Position numbers and translations under genes: made by a program | DNA from: an uncultured Actinomycetes bacterium | GTDB lineage: Bacteria > Actinomycetota > Thermoleophilia > UBA2241 | Assembly: GCA_963709345.1 (NCBI GenBank) | Contig: CAVPVX010000007.1 | Coordinates: 544,001-608,000 of the forward strand | Length of the DNA: 64,000 nt | Direction: 5' to 3' | The notes under the pieces: generated by a model | Database searches by the model: none | What the model was told of the DNA's origin: nothing | Seen by the model: the letters and a program-made list of their open reading frames with translations, nothing else | In this document: positions 10,524-19,978 of the stretch, piece by piece | How positions within the stretch are numbered: the stretch's first letter is position 1 | Layout: each line of letters starts with the position of its first letter

Positions 10524-11336
10524 CTGCTGAAGGCGCTGATCGTCGACGACGAAGCCCCCGCACGCTCCGAACTCCGCTTCCTTCTTGCGGAGGCGGGCGG
10601 CGTCGAGGTCGTCGGCGAGGCCGGCAGCGCGTCCGAAGCACTGCAACTGATCGCCGCCATCGAGTACGACGTCATCTTCCTCGACATCGAGATGCCCGGC
10701 CTCAGCGGATTGGATCTCGCCAAGACGCTACCCACCACCAAGCCATCGCCGGCCGTCATCTTCGTGACCGCCTACAGCGAACATGCGCTCGAGGCGTTCG
10801 AGGTGGCGGCCACCGACTACATCGTCAAGCCGGTGAGCCTTGCCCGCCTGCGTCTTGCGCTCGCCCGGATCGCCGCGGCCTGCAGCGGCGTCGAGGCGAT
10901 CGCGCCTGCCGGGGCGCCCGATGCCGCTCTGGGCGATCCCCGCCGTGCGGAGCCCGAGCCGAGCGGACCGGAAGCGCGGACGGCCACGGAGGGCGCCGTC
11001 CGCATCGAGCGCGTCGCCGTGGGGAAAGGCAGCCGCACCCTGCTCATCGCCGCCGAGGACATCCTCTACGTAGAAGCGGAGGACGACTACTCGCGCGTCT
11101 ACACCACCGATGGCCGCTACCTCTCGGGCGTGCCGCTGACCATACTCGAGACACGCCTTGAGCCCCTCGGCTTCTTCCGCGTGCATCGCAGCTACCTTGT
11201 CGACCTCGCGCGCGTGCGCGAGGTCCTGCCGATGTACGGCGGAACGCTGACGCTTCTGCTGAGTGACGACGCGGGAACCCAGATACCCGTATCGCGTCGT
11301 CGCGCGGCGGCCGTCAAGCTCGCCCTCGGAATCTGA
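10524..11336 (+). CDS. LytTR-family response regulator (start codon anomalous)
   Basis: In-frame LLKALIVDDEAPAR...FLDIEMPG...FVTAY...KP receiver domain plus LytTR FFRVHRSYLV/IPVSRR. No in-frame ATG precedes the receiver domain. Confidence 0.85.
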   Translation: MLKALIVDDEAPARSELRFLLAEAGGVEVVGEAGSASEALQLIAAIEYDVIFLDIEMPGLSGLDLAKTLPTTKPSPAVIFVTAYSEHALEAFEVAATDYIVKPVSLARLRLALARIAAACSGVEAIAPAGAPDAALGDPRRAEPEPSGPEARTATEGAVRIERVAVGKGSRTLLIAAEDILYVEAEDDYSRVYTTDGRYLSGVPLTILETRLEPLGFFRVHRSYLVDLARVREVLPMYGGTLTLLLSDDAGTQIPVSRRRAAAVKLALGI

Positions 11337-11378
11337 GTTCCACGGGCTGCGGCGAGCGGCCGACGGCCGCTCCGCTGC

Positions 11379-11466
11379 GGCAAGCGGCTGGCGCACGCCG
11401 GTAAGTGGCGGGTGCGGCGCGCGGGCCACGATCCCGCCGTCCGCCTTGTGTGGATCGCCGCCCACC
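11379..11466. promoter_or_regulatory. Candidate LytTR operator repeats (21-bp period)
   Basis: Minus strand GCCGCTTGCC/GCCACTTACC (11379 and 11400) and plus strand CGCCGTCCGCC/CGCCGCCCACC (11435 and 11456), each pair 21 bp apart. They resemble the BtsR/YehT ACC(G/A)CT(C/T)A repeats. Putative -10 TATGGT at 11520. Confidence 0.35.
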
Positions 11467-11590
11467 AGCCGCCACTCCCCACTGGCCGAGTCGACCTCGC
11501 CCCCCCTCCCCGCCTTGGCTATGGTCCAGTGCACTCGTGATCTGGTCCAGCGACCGACTGAACCGCAGTCGGAGGAGAGGGGTGACAGGC

Positions 11591-12088
11591 ATGGTCAAGC
11601 TCGTTGTCACAGGCGCCGCGGAGGATGTGAACCTGGCCGATCTCGGAGAGATCCAGCACTCCGTACAGCGCATCCTGCTGGCGACGGACGGTTCCGAGCC
11701 GGCCGTGCGCGCCACGCAGTACGCAGTCATGCTCGCCAAGCTGTTCAGCGCGGGCATTACGGCGATCTACGTCGACACCGGCACGGAAGACATAGAGCTG
11801 CCCACCGAGACCATGGCGGACGACGTCTTCGAGGGCGTGCATCCCTCGGCAAAGGGGCTCGTCATCGCGCACATGCTCGCCCGGGCCAACGACGTGGACT
11901 GCACCGTCGAGATCGTGCGCGGCGGCATCGCGAAGCGCATCGTGCACACGGCCGAGGATCTCGGCGTCGGCCTCATCGTTCTCGGCGACACCGGCCGCAC
12001 CGGCCTCCGGCGTATCGCTCTGGGGTCGGTCGCGGAGGCCGTCGTCAAGGGGTCGTCGATCCCCGTACTTGTCGTCAAGGGCGAATGA
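11591..12088 (+). CDS. Universal stress protein
   Basis: RILLATDGSE and LIVLG..GRTGLRRIALGSVAEAVV...PVLVVK. Confidence 0.9.
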   Translation: MVKLVVTGAAEDVNLADLGEIQHSVQRILLATDGSEPAVRATQYAVMLAKLFSAGITAIYVDTGTEDIELPTETMADDVFEGVHPSAKGLVIAHMLARANDVDCTVEIVRGGIAKRIVHTAEDLGVGLIVLGDTGRTGLRRIALGSVAEAVVKGSSIPVLVVKGE

Positions 12089-12102
12089 GGGAGGAGGCGA
12101 GA

Positions 12103-12528
12103 ATGGAACCCAAAGTGGAAAGCCAAGGGGCAGTCATGGCGGGAGATGCTCCCAGCGATCCGTCACAGCACACCAGACACGGCGACCACGTCGACACGGT
12201 CGAGAGTGTCGACCGGGTCTTCCTGCGGCAGCGTCGCCTGAGCTTCTCATTCGGCGCGGTGTTCTTCGCAGTCACACTGCTGATCCCCGCGTTCACCGTC
12301 TGGTGGCCGTGGTGGTGGTCAGTCAAGATCTGGGGCGGATTCACAGCGAACTACCTCTTCGTGTCCCTCCTCTACTTCGTCTTCCTCTGGGTGATGGCGT
12401 GGACCTACGCAGCACGTGCGGACAAGCTCGACAGCGAACTCGGCTGGATGAACGCGGAAGAGATGCAGGAGCTCGAGATCGAGCAAATCAGGGCGACTGC
12501 TGCGGAGCTTGAAGGGGAGACCACATGA
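12103..12528 (+). CDS. DUF485/YjcH-like small membrane protein (ActP partner)
   Basis: Strong SD GGAGGAGG; two TMs ending Y..RADKLD; overlaps the actP start. Confidence 0.75.
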   Translation: MEPKVESQGAVMAGDAPSDPSQHTRHGDHVDTVESVDRVFLRQRRLSFSFGAVFFAVTLLIPAFTVWWPWWWSVKIWGGFTANYLFVSLLYFVFLWVMAWTYAARADKLDSELGWMNAEEMQELEIEQIRATAAELEGETT

Positions 12529-14393
12529 ACACCACTGCAATCGTCCTGGTCGCCGCCCTGGTGATCGTCACCATCAGCTTGTCGATCTTCTCGCAGCGGT
12601 TCACCCGCACGACCAGCGATTTCTATCTTGCCGGCCGCAAGGTGGGGTCGTTCACCAACGCGTCGGCCATCTCGGGCGACTATCTGTCGGCCGCCTCGTT
12701 CCTGGGAGTGGCCGCCGCAGTCTATGCGTCCGGTCTCGACGGCGTGTGGTACGCGGCCGGCTTCGCCGGCGGCTTCATGGTCGTCGTCCTGTTCATCGCG
12801 AGCGCCTTGCGGCGTTTCGGCGAATACACCGTGGCGGACTTCTCCTTTGGCCGCTTCAGGTCCAACCGCATCAGGCTGATCACGGTACTGGCCGTCCTCA
12901 TGGTGTCGCTCTTCTACATGGCGCCACAGATGTACGGCGCCGGCGCGACCTGGAAGATCCTCGTCGGCAAGGGTTTCTTCCCCGCCAACGAAGCCGGGCT
13001 CTTCCTCGGCGTCGACCCCGCCTACCTCTCAGGCGTCACGGTCGTCGCCGTGATCATGATGTTCTACGTGGCCGTGGGTGGCATGAAGGGCACTACGCTG
13101 AACCAGGTGATCCAGTTCTGGTGGCTGTGGCTCGCCATGTTCATTCTCGTCGCCTTCGCCGTCGGCGGTGGGTTCAACTACGCGTCCAACCTGCGCACGG
13201 CCAGCGACGGTCGACTCGTCGAGGTCAAGACGCTGACGATCGAGCAGGCGACGACACCGAACCCGGCGACGGGGAAGACGCCGCTCGAGATGGCCGAGTC
13301 ATCCATGAAGCCGGAGTCGTTTGCGGCCGTCCAGGCGACCATCGATTCCGGAGACACCGCGGCCACGGTCAGCCTCCTCATCCCGGCCGCCAACAAGCTG
13401 CACGAGACGAAGCAGGTGTTCAATCAGCCCGGTCACCGCTACAACGCCTTCGACCAGTTCTCCATGGTGCTGGCGCTGGTGCTCGGGACCGCCGGTCTGC
13501 CGCACATCCTCAATCGCTACTACACCAACCCGTCGGGTAGGGCAGCGCGCCGCTCGACGTTCTGGGTGCTCATCCTCATCGGCACCTTCTACATCATGGC
13601 ACCGATCATCGGTCTCTTCGGTCGCCTCGAGATCTTCACGAGGTACTTCGAGGGCACCGCGCCGACGAACGCCGCATATGTGGACGGCTACCTGGCCAAG
13701 TCAGATGCCCTGATGCCGACGCTGGCGCAGATCCTCGGCGGCCAAGGACTGCTCGGCATCGTGGCTGCAGGCGCCTTCGCCGCGATGTTCTCCACCATCG
13801 GCGGTCTGCTCATCGCTTCCGCTTCGGCCGTCGGCCACGATGTGTACGAGAAATACATCAACCCCAATGCATCACAGCGACGCCGTGTGTGGGTCGGTAA
13901 GATCTCGGTCATCTGCTTCTCGCTTCTGGCGTGGTTCCTGGGCTGGTGGATCGCCTACGCCGGCCTTGCGAACGTGTACCCGGCTCTCATCGCCATGATG
14001 GTCACGTGGGCCTTCGCCATCGGCGCGTCGACCTTCGTCCCCATGCTGCTCACGGGCATCTGGTGGAAGGGCACGACCGAGCGCGGCGCCCTCACGGGCA
14101 TGATCATAGGCCTTCTCGGCTCGGTCGGGATCATCGTCCTCAACGTCTTGCAGCAGACTGAAGTGATCGGGAAGACAGGCGTGGTGGGGTTCTTCGGCGC
14201 TCTCACCTTCCCGGTGCTGGTCACGTTCCCGTTGGCGCTCATCGCCACCATCGTCGTGAGCAAGATCGACGGGAAGGTGCCGGACAACATCGACTCGATC
14301 TGGATGCGCATCCACGGCACGGCATCCGAACGCCATGAGAAGCAGCTCGGCCTCGACAAGGTCGGCAGCCTGTTGGGCACGAAGAAGTCGTGA
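12525..14393 (+). CDS. actP: Cation/acetate (monocarboxylate) symporter, SSS family
   Basis: NASAISGDYLSAASFLG, GGMKGTT, LGTAGLPHIL..YYTNP and AGAFAAMFST. Confidence 0.88.
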   Translation: MNTTAIVLVAALVIVTISLSIFSQRFTRTTSDFYLAGRKVGSFTNASAISGDYLSAASFLGVAAAVYASGLDGVWYAAGFAGGFMVVVLFIASALRRFGEYTVADFSFGRFRSNRIRLITVLAVLMVSLFYMAPQMYGAGATWKILVGKGFFPANEAGLFLGVDPAYLSGVTVVAVIMMFYVAVGGMKGTTLNQVIQFWWLWLAMFILVAFAVGGGFNYASNLRTASDGRLVEVKTLTIEQATTPNPATGKTPLEMAESSMKPESFAAVQATIDSGDTAATVSLLIPAANKLHETKQVFNQPGHRYNAFDQFSMVLALVLGTAGLPHILNRYYTNPSGRAARRSTFWVLILIGTFYIMAPIIGLFGRLEIFTRYFEGTAPTNAAYVDGYLAKSDALMPTLAQILGGQGLLGIVAAGAFAAMFSTIGGLLIASASAVGHDVYEKYINPNASQRRRVWVGKISVICFSLLAWFLGWWIAYAGLANVYPALIAMMVTWAFAIGASTFVPMLLTGIWWKGTTERGALTGMIIGLLGSVGIIVLNVLQQTEVIGKTGVVGFFGALTFPVLVTFPLALIATIVVSKIDGKVPDNIDSIWMRIHGTASERHEKQLGLDKVGSLLGTKKS

Positions 14394-14396
14394 CTA

Positions 14397-14823
14397 CTGA
14401 CATGTAGAGTCGTCTGTCAAGTGCCCCAAGACCACGAGCCCCTGCCAAGGGGCTCGTGGTCTTTCCTCGGCCGAAGCTCGGGTGAGCGCGCACGACCTGT
14501 GGCGACGTGCGGTCAACGCTGATACGTGCGTGTTCGGGTATTCGCATGACCGTGTGCGTCGGGAGCCGGCCGCTGGTCTGAGATCGGGCGTCGCCCACCG
14601 GGGCGGCCCAAAGCGCAGTCGCGGATGCTCCGCGCGCCGAGCGTGCGCGCTCGCTCGAGTGCGCCGGGTCTGTCGTGCCAGGCTTTCCGACCTCCATGAC
14701 GGCCGGGCTCCAGCACCAGCCGGCGAGCTCGCAGGCCACGGCCACGGCGCTCACCGTGGGACGCTTGCCGCGGCCATCGAGCGCCGCCCAGGGACGGTGC
14801 AGGTGCCGGCTCGCCCGTGGCAC
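14397..14823 (-). mobile_element. IS110-family (IS1111-type) relic: transposase C-terminal scrap plus right-end non-coding region
   Basis: Peptide RHLHRPWAALDGRGKRPTVSAVAVACELAGWCWS (14823 to about 14700) resembles the IS110 C-terminal 'AVARELAGWCW' motif. It is followed by about 290 nt of non-coding DNA ending in a hairpin and TTGACAGACGACTCTACATGTCAG. Confidence 0.75.
14428..14463. terminator. Perfect 16-bp hairpin; probable terminator for actP, located inside the IS end
   Basis: AAGACCACGAGCCCCT-gcca-AGGGGCTCGTGGTCTT, 34 nt after the actP stop. Confidence 0.7.
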
Positions 14824-14887
14824 AGGACGGATGCAGGTGCGCCATCCCGGCGGGGCGGGGGCGCCGGGCGCGGCCTTGCCGCGACGG

Positions 14888-15697
14888 TCAGCGCTTGCGG
14901 CGTTTGCGCCCGCCGCGCGGTGCGGAGGCGCGCTTCTCGGCCGGCCGGGGCTCCACGGTGATGCCGACCGCGACCGCCGCCTTGATGCGCGCCACGCGGA
15001 GCCGCTCGAGCACGGCGAGGGCGAGGTCGATCGCCGTCTTGGCGACGAGGATCACAGCGAGCCCGGCGACCGCCGAGCCGAAGAACCAGTAGACGAGGAG
15101 ACCGCCGACGAGCACGCCGAACTGCAGGACGAAGAGCCGGCGCAACGGCTCGGACACGGTGGCCGCCGGCGGCACCACGGCCGCCTCGCGGCCGCGCACG
15201 AAGTCGAGGTAGTAGACGGCGGCGCGCGCCAGGATGAGGCCGGCGGCGACCGCCCAGAATTGCCAGGTCGCGAAGGGGCCGCCGGGGTCGGCCGGCGCCT
15301 CGCCCCCCGGCTTGAGCAGGCGGCCGCTGAAGACCATGTACGCGATGAGGACCATCGCCGCCATCACGACGAGGTAGGTGCGCAGGAACTCGCGCACGAG
15401 CACCTGGTCGCGCTGGTCGGCGGCCGCCCCGGCAGCCCATGAGGCTCGTGCCCGCAGCCAGGCGAAGACACCGTCGGCGAGCCCGTCGATGACGCAGATG
15501 ACGACGACGGCCAGGACCGTCCAGGCACCGGTGACCGCGGCCCACACCGCGGCGACATCGGCCGCGACGATGAGCGCGAAGCCGGGCAGCGCCCGGGCGA
15601 GCGTCGAGGCGCTGCGCACCGGCGCCTCCGGCGCAGCGCCGTCCGCGCTCGCCGGGAGCCCGGATGCCGCTTCGTTCCCGGTCGAGCGATCGGTCAT
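14888..15697 (-). CDS. Membrane protein, DUF6498-like
   Basis: Multi-TM protein with P.RRLFVLQFGVLVGG and K.AIDL, plus a basic tail. Confidence 0.6.
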   Translation of the reverse strand: MTDRSTGNEAASGLPASADGAAPEAPVRSASTLARALPGFALIVAADVAAVWAAVTGAWTVLAVVVICVIDGLADGVFAWLRARASWAAGAAADQRDQVLVREFLRTYLVVMAAMVLIAYMVFSGRLLKPGGEAPADPGGPFATWQFWAVAAGLILARAAVYYLDFVRGREAAVVPPAATVSEPLRRLFVLQFGVLVGGLLVYWFFGSAVAGLAVILVAKTAIDLALAVLERLRVARIKAAVAVGITVEPRPAEKRASAPRGGRKRRKR

Positions 15698-15919
15698 GCG
15701 TCTCCCCTGCAAAGACCGCGCCGGAGAAACCGGCGCGGGCTGCGCTCAGGGTATGCGGGCGCGGCGCGAAAGGCAACGCGGGCTCCCGCCCGTCCGTCCC
15801 CGCGCCCACCGGGACAACCGTCCTCGGACCGCCGCTCCAGCACGACGACTCCGCGACCGATACTATCTCCGCGTAGGCCGACGCGCAGAGGCGTGGCCGC
15901 AGGCGAGAGCGGAGGGCAG

Positions 15920-17428
15920 ATGGCGCAGTCCGAGAGCGGGCCCGACCCGAGACGGTGCACGCTCAGCGTGCCCAACGACCTCGCGTTCATCCCCATGGTC
16001 CAGGGATTCGTGAGCGCGTACGCGGCGGGGGCGGGCTTCGGCGCCGCCGACCGGGCACGCCTCGACCTCCTCATGGAAGAGGCGGCGACGAACGTCATCC
16101 AGGGGGCCTTCGCCGCCGACGAACGCGCCGGCTTCGACATCACCTGCGAGCGCGTGCCCGCCGGGATGCAGATCACCGTGCACGACGAGGGCATGCCGTA
16201 CGACCCGTCGCTGACGCCCGAGTACGACCCCGGCGCCGACCTCCACAGCCAGACCGGCGCCGGCCTGGGCAGCTTCCTGATGAAGCAGATCGCCGACACC
16301 GTCGCGTTCCACAACCTCGGCAGCCGCGGCAAGGAGACGGTGTTCATCAAGTACCTGGACAGCGAAGCGGTCACCGGCGCCCCGCCCGCGGAAGAGGCGC
16401 CGGTGGAGCCACCGGAGCCGGTGCCGGCGACCGAGCGCGCGCAGTTCGAGCTCGGCCCGCTGCGTCCCGAGCAGGCGATCGAAGTGTGCCGCTGCATCTA
16501 CGACGCCTACCGGTACACCTACGTGAACGAGCACCTCTACTACCCCGACCGCGTCGTCGCGCTCAACGAGAGCGGCGACATGGTCTCCGCGGTCGCCAGC
16601 ACCGGCGAGGGTGAGGTCGCGGGGCACGCCGCCCTCGTCTTCCCCGCGGACACCCACGAGGTCGCCGATCTCGCGGTCGTGGCCACCAAGGCGAAGTTCC
16701 GCGGCCAGTCCATCGCACGGCGTCTCGGCGAGTACCTCGACCAGGAGGCTCTCACGCGGGGGCTCCACGGCCTCTTCATAGAGGAAGTCACGGTGCACAC
16801 CTACACGCAGAAGTTCTGCCATCACCTGGGGTTCGCCGACTGCGGCTTCCTGCTCGCCTACTCCCCGGCGACGATGGCGTTCACGGGCATCGCCGCGGAA
16901 GCGGCCGCGCGCCGCTCCGTGATCCTGGGGTTCAAGTATCTCGACGCGCCGCCGGGCGGGACGGTGTACGCTCCGCAGCGCCACCGAGACATGATCGCCG
17001 GCATCTACGCGCGGCTCGGCGCGCCGGTGACCCTGGCCGGCGACACCGGCGCCGACCCCGACGGCCTCCCCATCCTGCACGTCAACGTGAACCCGAAGCG
17101 CTCGGTCGCGACCATCCGCATCCCCACGTACGGGCGCCACCTGAGGCAGCGCATCCGCGCCGAGCTGCTGCGGCTGCTGCGCGAGAACGTGAGCGTCGTC
17201 AACGTGTTCCTCGACCTAAGCACGGCCGGCACGGAGAAGGTGGCCGCCGATCTCGAGGACGCCGGCTTCATCTTCACCGGCGTCCTCCCCGGTGGCCGCT
17301 CCGGCGACTGGCTGATCATGCAGTACTTCAACGGGGTCGTCGTAGACTACGACGCGATCCAGGTCGAGGATGCCTTCACCCGCGACCTGCTCGGCTACAT
17401 CCGCGGCAACGACCCGCGCGAGGGGTGA
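15920..17428 (+). CDS. RsbW-like kinase (HATPase_c_2) fused to a GNAT-fold domain
   Basis: N-terminal EEAATNVIQGAF, HDEG.PYDP and GAGLGSFLMK. Central GNAT-like AGHAAL...VVATKAKFRGQSIARRL. SD GGAGG. Confidence 0.8.
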   Translation: MAQSESGPDPRRCTLSVPNDLAFIPMVQGFVSAYAAGAGFGAADRARLDLLMEEAATNVIQGAFAADERAGFDITCERVPAGMQITVHDEGMPYDPSLTPEYDPGADLHSQTGAGLGSFLMKQIADTVAFHNLGSRGKETVFIKYLDSEAVTGAPPAEEAPVEPPEPVPATERAQFELGPLRPEQAIEVCRCIYDAYRYTYVNEHLYYPDRVVALNESGDMVSAVASTGEGEVAGHAALVFPADTHEVADLAVVATKAKFRGQSIARRLGEYLDQEALTRGLHGLFIEEVTVHTYTQKFCHHLGFADCGFLLAYSPATMAFTGIAAEAAARRSVILGFKYLDAPPGGTVYAPQRHRDMIAGIYARLGAPVTLAGDTGADPDGLPILHVNVNPKRSVATIRIPTYGRHLRQRIRAELLRLLRENVSVVNVFLDLSTAGTEKVAADLEDAGFIFTGVLPGGRSGDWLIMQYFNGVVVDYDAIQVEDAFTRDLLGYIRGNDPREG

Positions 17429-17521
17429 GGCGGGCGAGGCCGGCCTGGCGCGGGCGGCAGGAAGGCGGAGGCCCGCGCCCCGCGCGCGCAGCCGCACACC
17501 CACGCCACACGGCCACGCGAG

Positions 17522-17851
17522 CTACGCGAGAAGCGCCAGCGCCTCCACGCGCCCGGGCGCGATCGCGAACAACTCCGAGAACCCCGAGATCGTGAAGACG
17601 TCTTCGACGAAGGGCTGCATGGCGCAGAGCACGATACGCCCTTCGTTCTTCTCGAGGAACTTGAGCACGGTCAGAAAGACACGCAGACCGGCGCTCGACA
17701 CATACTCGGTGCCGCCGAAGTCGGCTGCGATCCGGCGCGCGCCGGCGTCGAGCAACTCCTTGAACCCGGCCTCGATGTCGCTGGCGCTGGTAGTGTCGAT
17801 CCTCGCGGGGAGCGTCACCACCGTGACGTTCTCGACGACCTCTACGTCCAT
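17522..17851 (-). CDS. STAS-domain anti-sigma factor antagonist (RsbV/SpoIIAA-like)
   Basis: RIDT, YVSSAGLRV with the phospho-acceptor Ser, and VFTISGF. Confidence 0.92.
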   Translation of the reverse strand: MDVEVVENVTVVTLPARIDTTSASDIEAGFKELLDAGARRIAADFGGTEYVSSAGLRVFLTVLKFLEKNEGRIVLCAMQPFVEDVFTISGFSELFAIAPGRVEALALLA

Positions 17852-17965
17852 TCGTCCTCCCATCGCTGCGTGCCCGCCTCCACCGTCTCGGCAGCGGCGC
17901 CCACTCGGTCGTCTATCTTCCCTGAGGGCTGCGAGGGCGGCAAGCGTGTCGCATCCGCGCCCCCA

Positions 17966-19978
17966 TCAATCCGTGCCGCCATCCCCGACCGGCGGCCGCG
18001 TCTTGCCCTCGCCCCGACCCGCTCGTGGGCCCAGGTACCGGAACGCGACCATGGTGATGTCGTCGGACTGCTCGACGCCCTCCGCGTAGCGGGTGAGATC
18101 CGCGAGGAGCCCCGTCAGCATGTCGCCACAGGAGCGGTCGCGCAGCCGGCCCAGCGTCTCGCCGAGACGGTCTTCGCCGTAGACCTGATCGACGGCGTCC
18201 ATGGCCTCGCTGACCCCGTCGGTGTAGAGGAACAGCGTGTCGCCCGGCACCATGTCGAGCGTTCCCTCAGCGTAGACGAGATCCGCCTTCGCGCCAAGGG
18301 CGACGCCCCTCACGCGAGGCAGCTGACAGGCCGCACCGCCGCCCGCGGCCACAACGAACGGGCGGTTGTGCCCGGCGCTGGCGTAGGTCATCGCGCCGAT
18401 CCGCAGATCGACCACTGCGAGGAACATGGTGACGAACATGCACTCGTCGTTGTCGGCCGCAAGCTCGTCGTTCACCTTCGCGAGCGTCTCCCCGGGCCCG
18501 TCGCCCTCTCGCGCGAGCGAACGCAGGAACGAGCGCGTGACCGCCATGAGCAGCGCCGCCGGCACGCCCTTGCCGGAGACGTCGGCGATCGCCAGACAGA
18601 GGTGGTCGTCGTCGAGCAGGAAGAAGTCGTAGAAGTCGCCGCCGACTTCGCGCGCCGGGTCGAGCAGCGCGTACAGCTCCAGGTCGTCGCGCTCCGGATA
18701 CGGCGGGAACGTCCGTGGCACGAGGCTCGTCTGGATGGACGCGGCGATGCGCAGCTCGCTCTCGATGCGTTCGCGCGCCGCGGTCGTCAAGCGCAGCTGC
18801 TCGATGTGCGCCTGCAGGTCGTCGCGCATGTGCGCGAACGAGGCCGTGAGTTGGGCGACCTCGTTGCGCCCCTTCGCCTGCGGCAGGGGGGCGTCCAGGT
18901 CGCCCTGGGCGAGCGTGCGCGTCGCCGCATCCAGACTGTGCAGCGGCCGAGTGATCGACTTGGCGACGAGCAGGGCGATGATCAGCAGCGCCGCGATGCC
19001 GGTGAGCGAGATGCCCCACTGGATGCGGCTCAACGCGATCACGTCGCCCTCGATCTCACTGTCGGCGTAGACGATGCCCAGCGACCAGCCGGTCGAAGGG
19101 ATGGGCATGTAGGCCAGATACGATGGCTCCCCGGGCGTGATAGCTCCCAGCCCGGCGAAATCGGCGGAGCCGCTGCCGCCGTCCACCATCCGCCGACCGA
19201 TGCCCCGCAGCACCGGGTCGTCCCGCTCCTCGGCGACGCTGAAGACCGACTCGTTCATGATGAACTCGCGGCGTGGATGGGCGATGAAGGTGCCGTTCCT
19301 GCTGACGAGGAAGGCGTAGCCGGTCTCGCCGAGGTCGAGACCCTCCAGCAACGCCGTGAGCCACGTCAGCGAGACGTCGCCGGTGACCACCGCCGAGACG
19401 GGCTCCGGATCGCCCTCCAGGCGTACCGGGATCGCGTACGTCGCCATCACCATGTCGGCGCCGCCCTCGTCGTAGTACGGCTCCGTCCAAACGGCCTCGT
19501 CCATCTGGTACGGCAACTGGAACCAGTCGCCGGCTTCGAAAGCGCGGCCGCCGGCGGCCAGGTCCTTCACGACCACGCTGCCGTCGCGCTTGAAGGCGTA
19601 GGGCGCGAACCGCGCCGAAGCGGTCGGCCGGTACCCGATCGCCGAGCCGGTCAGCTCGTCGTTCCCGGCCACGGCGCGACGCAGCAGCGCCTCGGCGCGC
19701 CCGGCTCCGGGGTCGAGATCGTCGACCGACAGGGCGAGGCCCTGGATGATCTTCTCGACGTTGCTCTCGACCGTCTCGATACGGTTGGCGGTGGCCTTGA
19801 GCGTCTGCCGGATCTCGGCCTGCTGGCGCTTCTCCAGGAGGTCGCGCGCCGACAGGTACGTGTACAGGCTGACCGCGGCGAGTACGAGTCCGGCGCCGAG
19901 CACCACGAGCACCGTGATGCGCCAGGCGATGCTCAGATCACGGAGCACCGCGAGCCTCCGGCGCAACGAAGCGCTCAT
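17966..19978 (-). CDS. Membrane sensor PP2C phosphatase (Cache-HAMP-SpoIIE, RsbU-like)
   Basis: TM, Cache (WTEPYYD, YAFLVSRNG..IAHP), TM, HAMP, then EVGGDFYD, IADVSGKG, YTDGVSEA and SDDIT. Confidence 0.92.
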   Translation of the reverse strand: MSASLRRRLAVLRDLSIAWRITVLVVLGAGLVLAAVSLYTYLSARDLLEKRQQAEIRQTLKATANRIETVESNVEKIIQGLALSVDDLDPGAGRAEALLRRAVAGNDELTGSAIGYRPTASARFAPYAFKRDGSVVVKDLAAGGRAFEAGDWFQLPYQMDEAVWTEPYYDEGGADMVMATYAIPVRLEGDPEPVSAVVTGDVSLTWLTALLEGLDLGETGYAFLVSRNGTFIAHPRREFIMNESVFSVAEERDDPVLRGIGRRMVDGGSGSADFAGLGAITPGEPSYLAYMPIPSTGWSLGIVYADSEIEGDVIALSRIQWGISLTGIAALLIIALLVAKSITRPLHSLDAATRTLAQGDLDAPLPQAKGRNEVAQLTASFAHMRDDLQAHIEQLRLTTAARERIESELRIAASIQTSLVPRTFPPYPERDDLELYALLDPAREVGGDFYDFFLLDDDHLCLAIADVSGKGVPAALLMAVTRSFLRSLAREGDGPGETLAKVNDELAADNDECMFVTMFLAVVDLRIGAMTYASAGHNRPFVVAAGGGAACQLPRVRGVALGAKADLVYAEGTLDMVPGDTLFLYTDGVSEAMDAVDQVYGEDRLGETLGRLRDRSCGDMLTGLLADLTRYAEGVEQSDDITMVAFRYLGPRAGRGEGKTRPPVGDGGTD

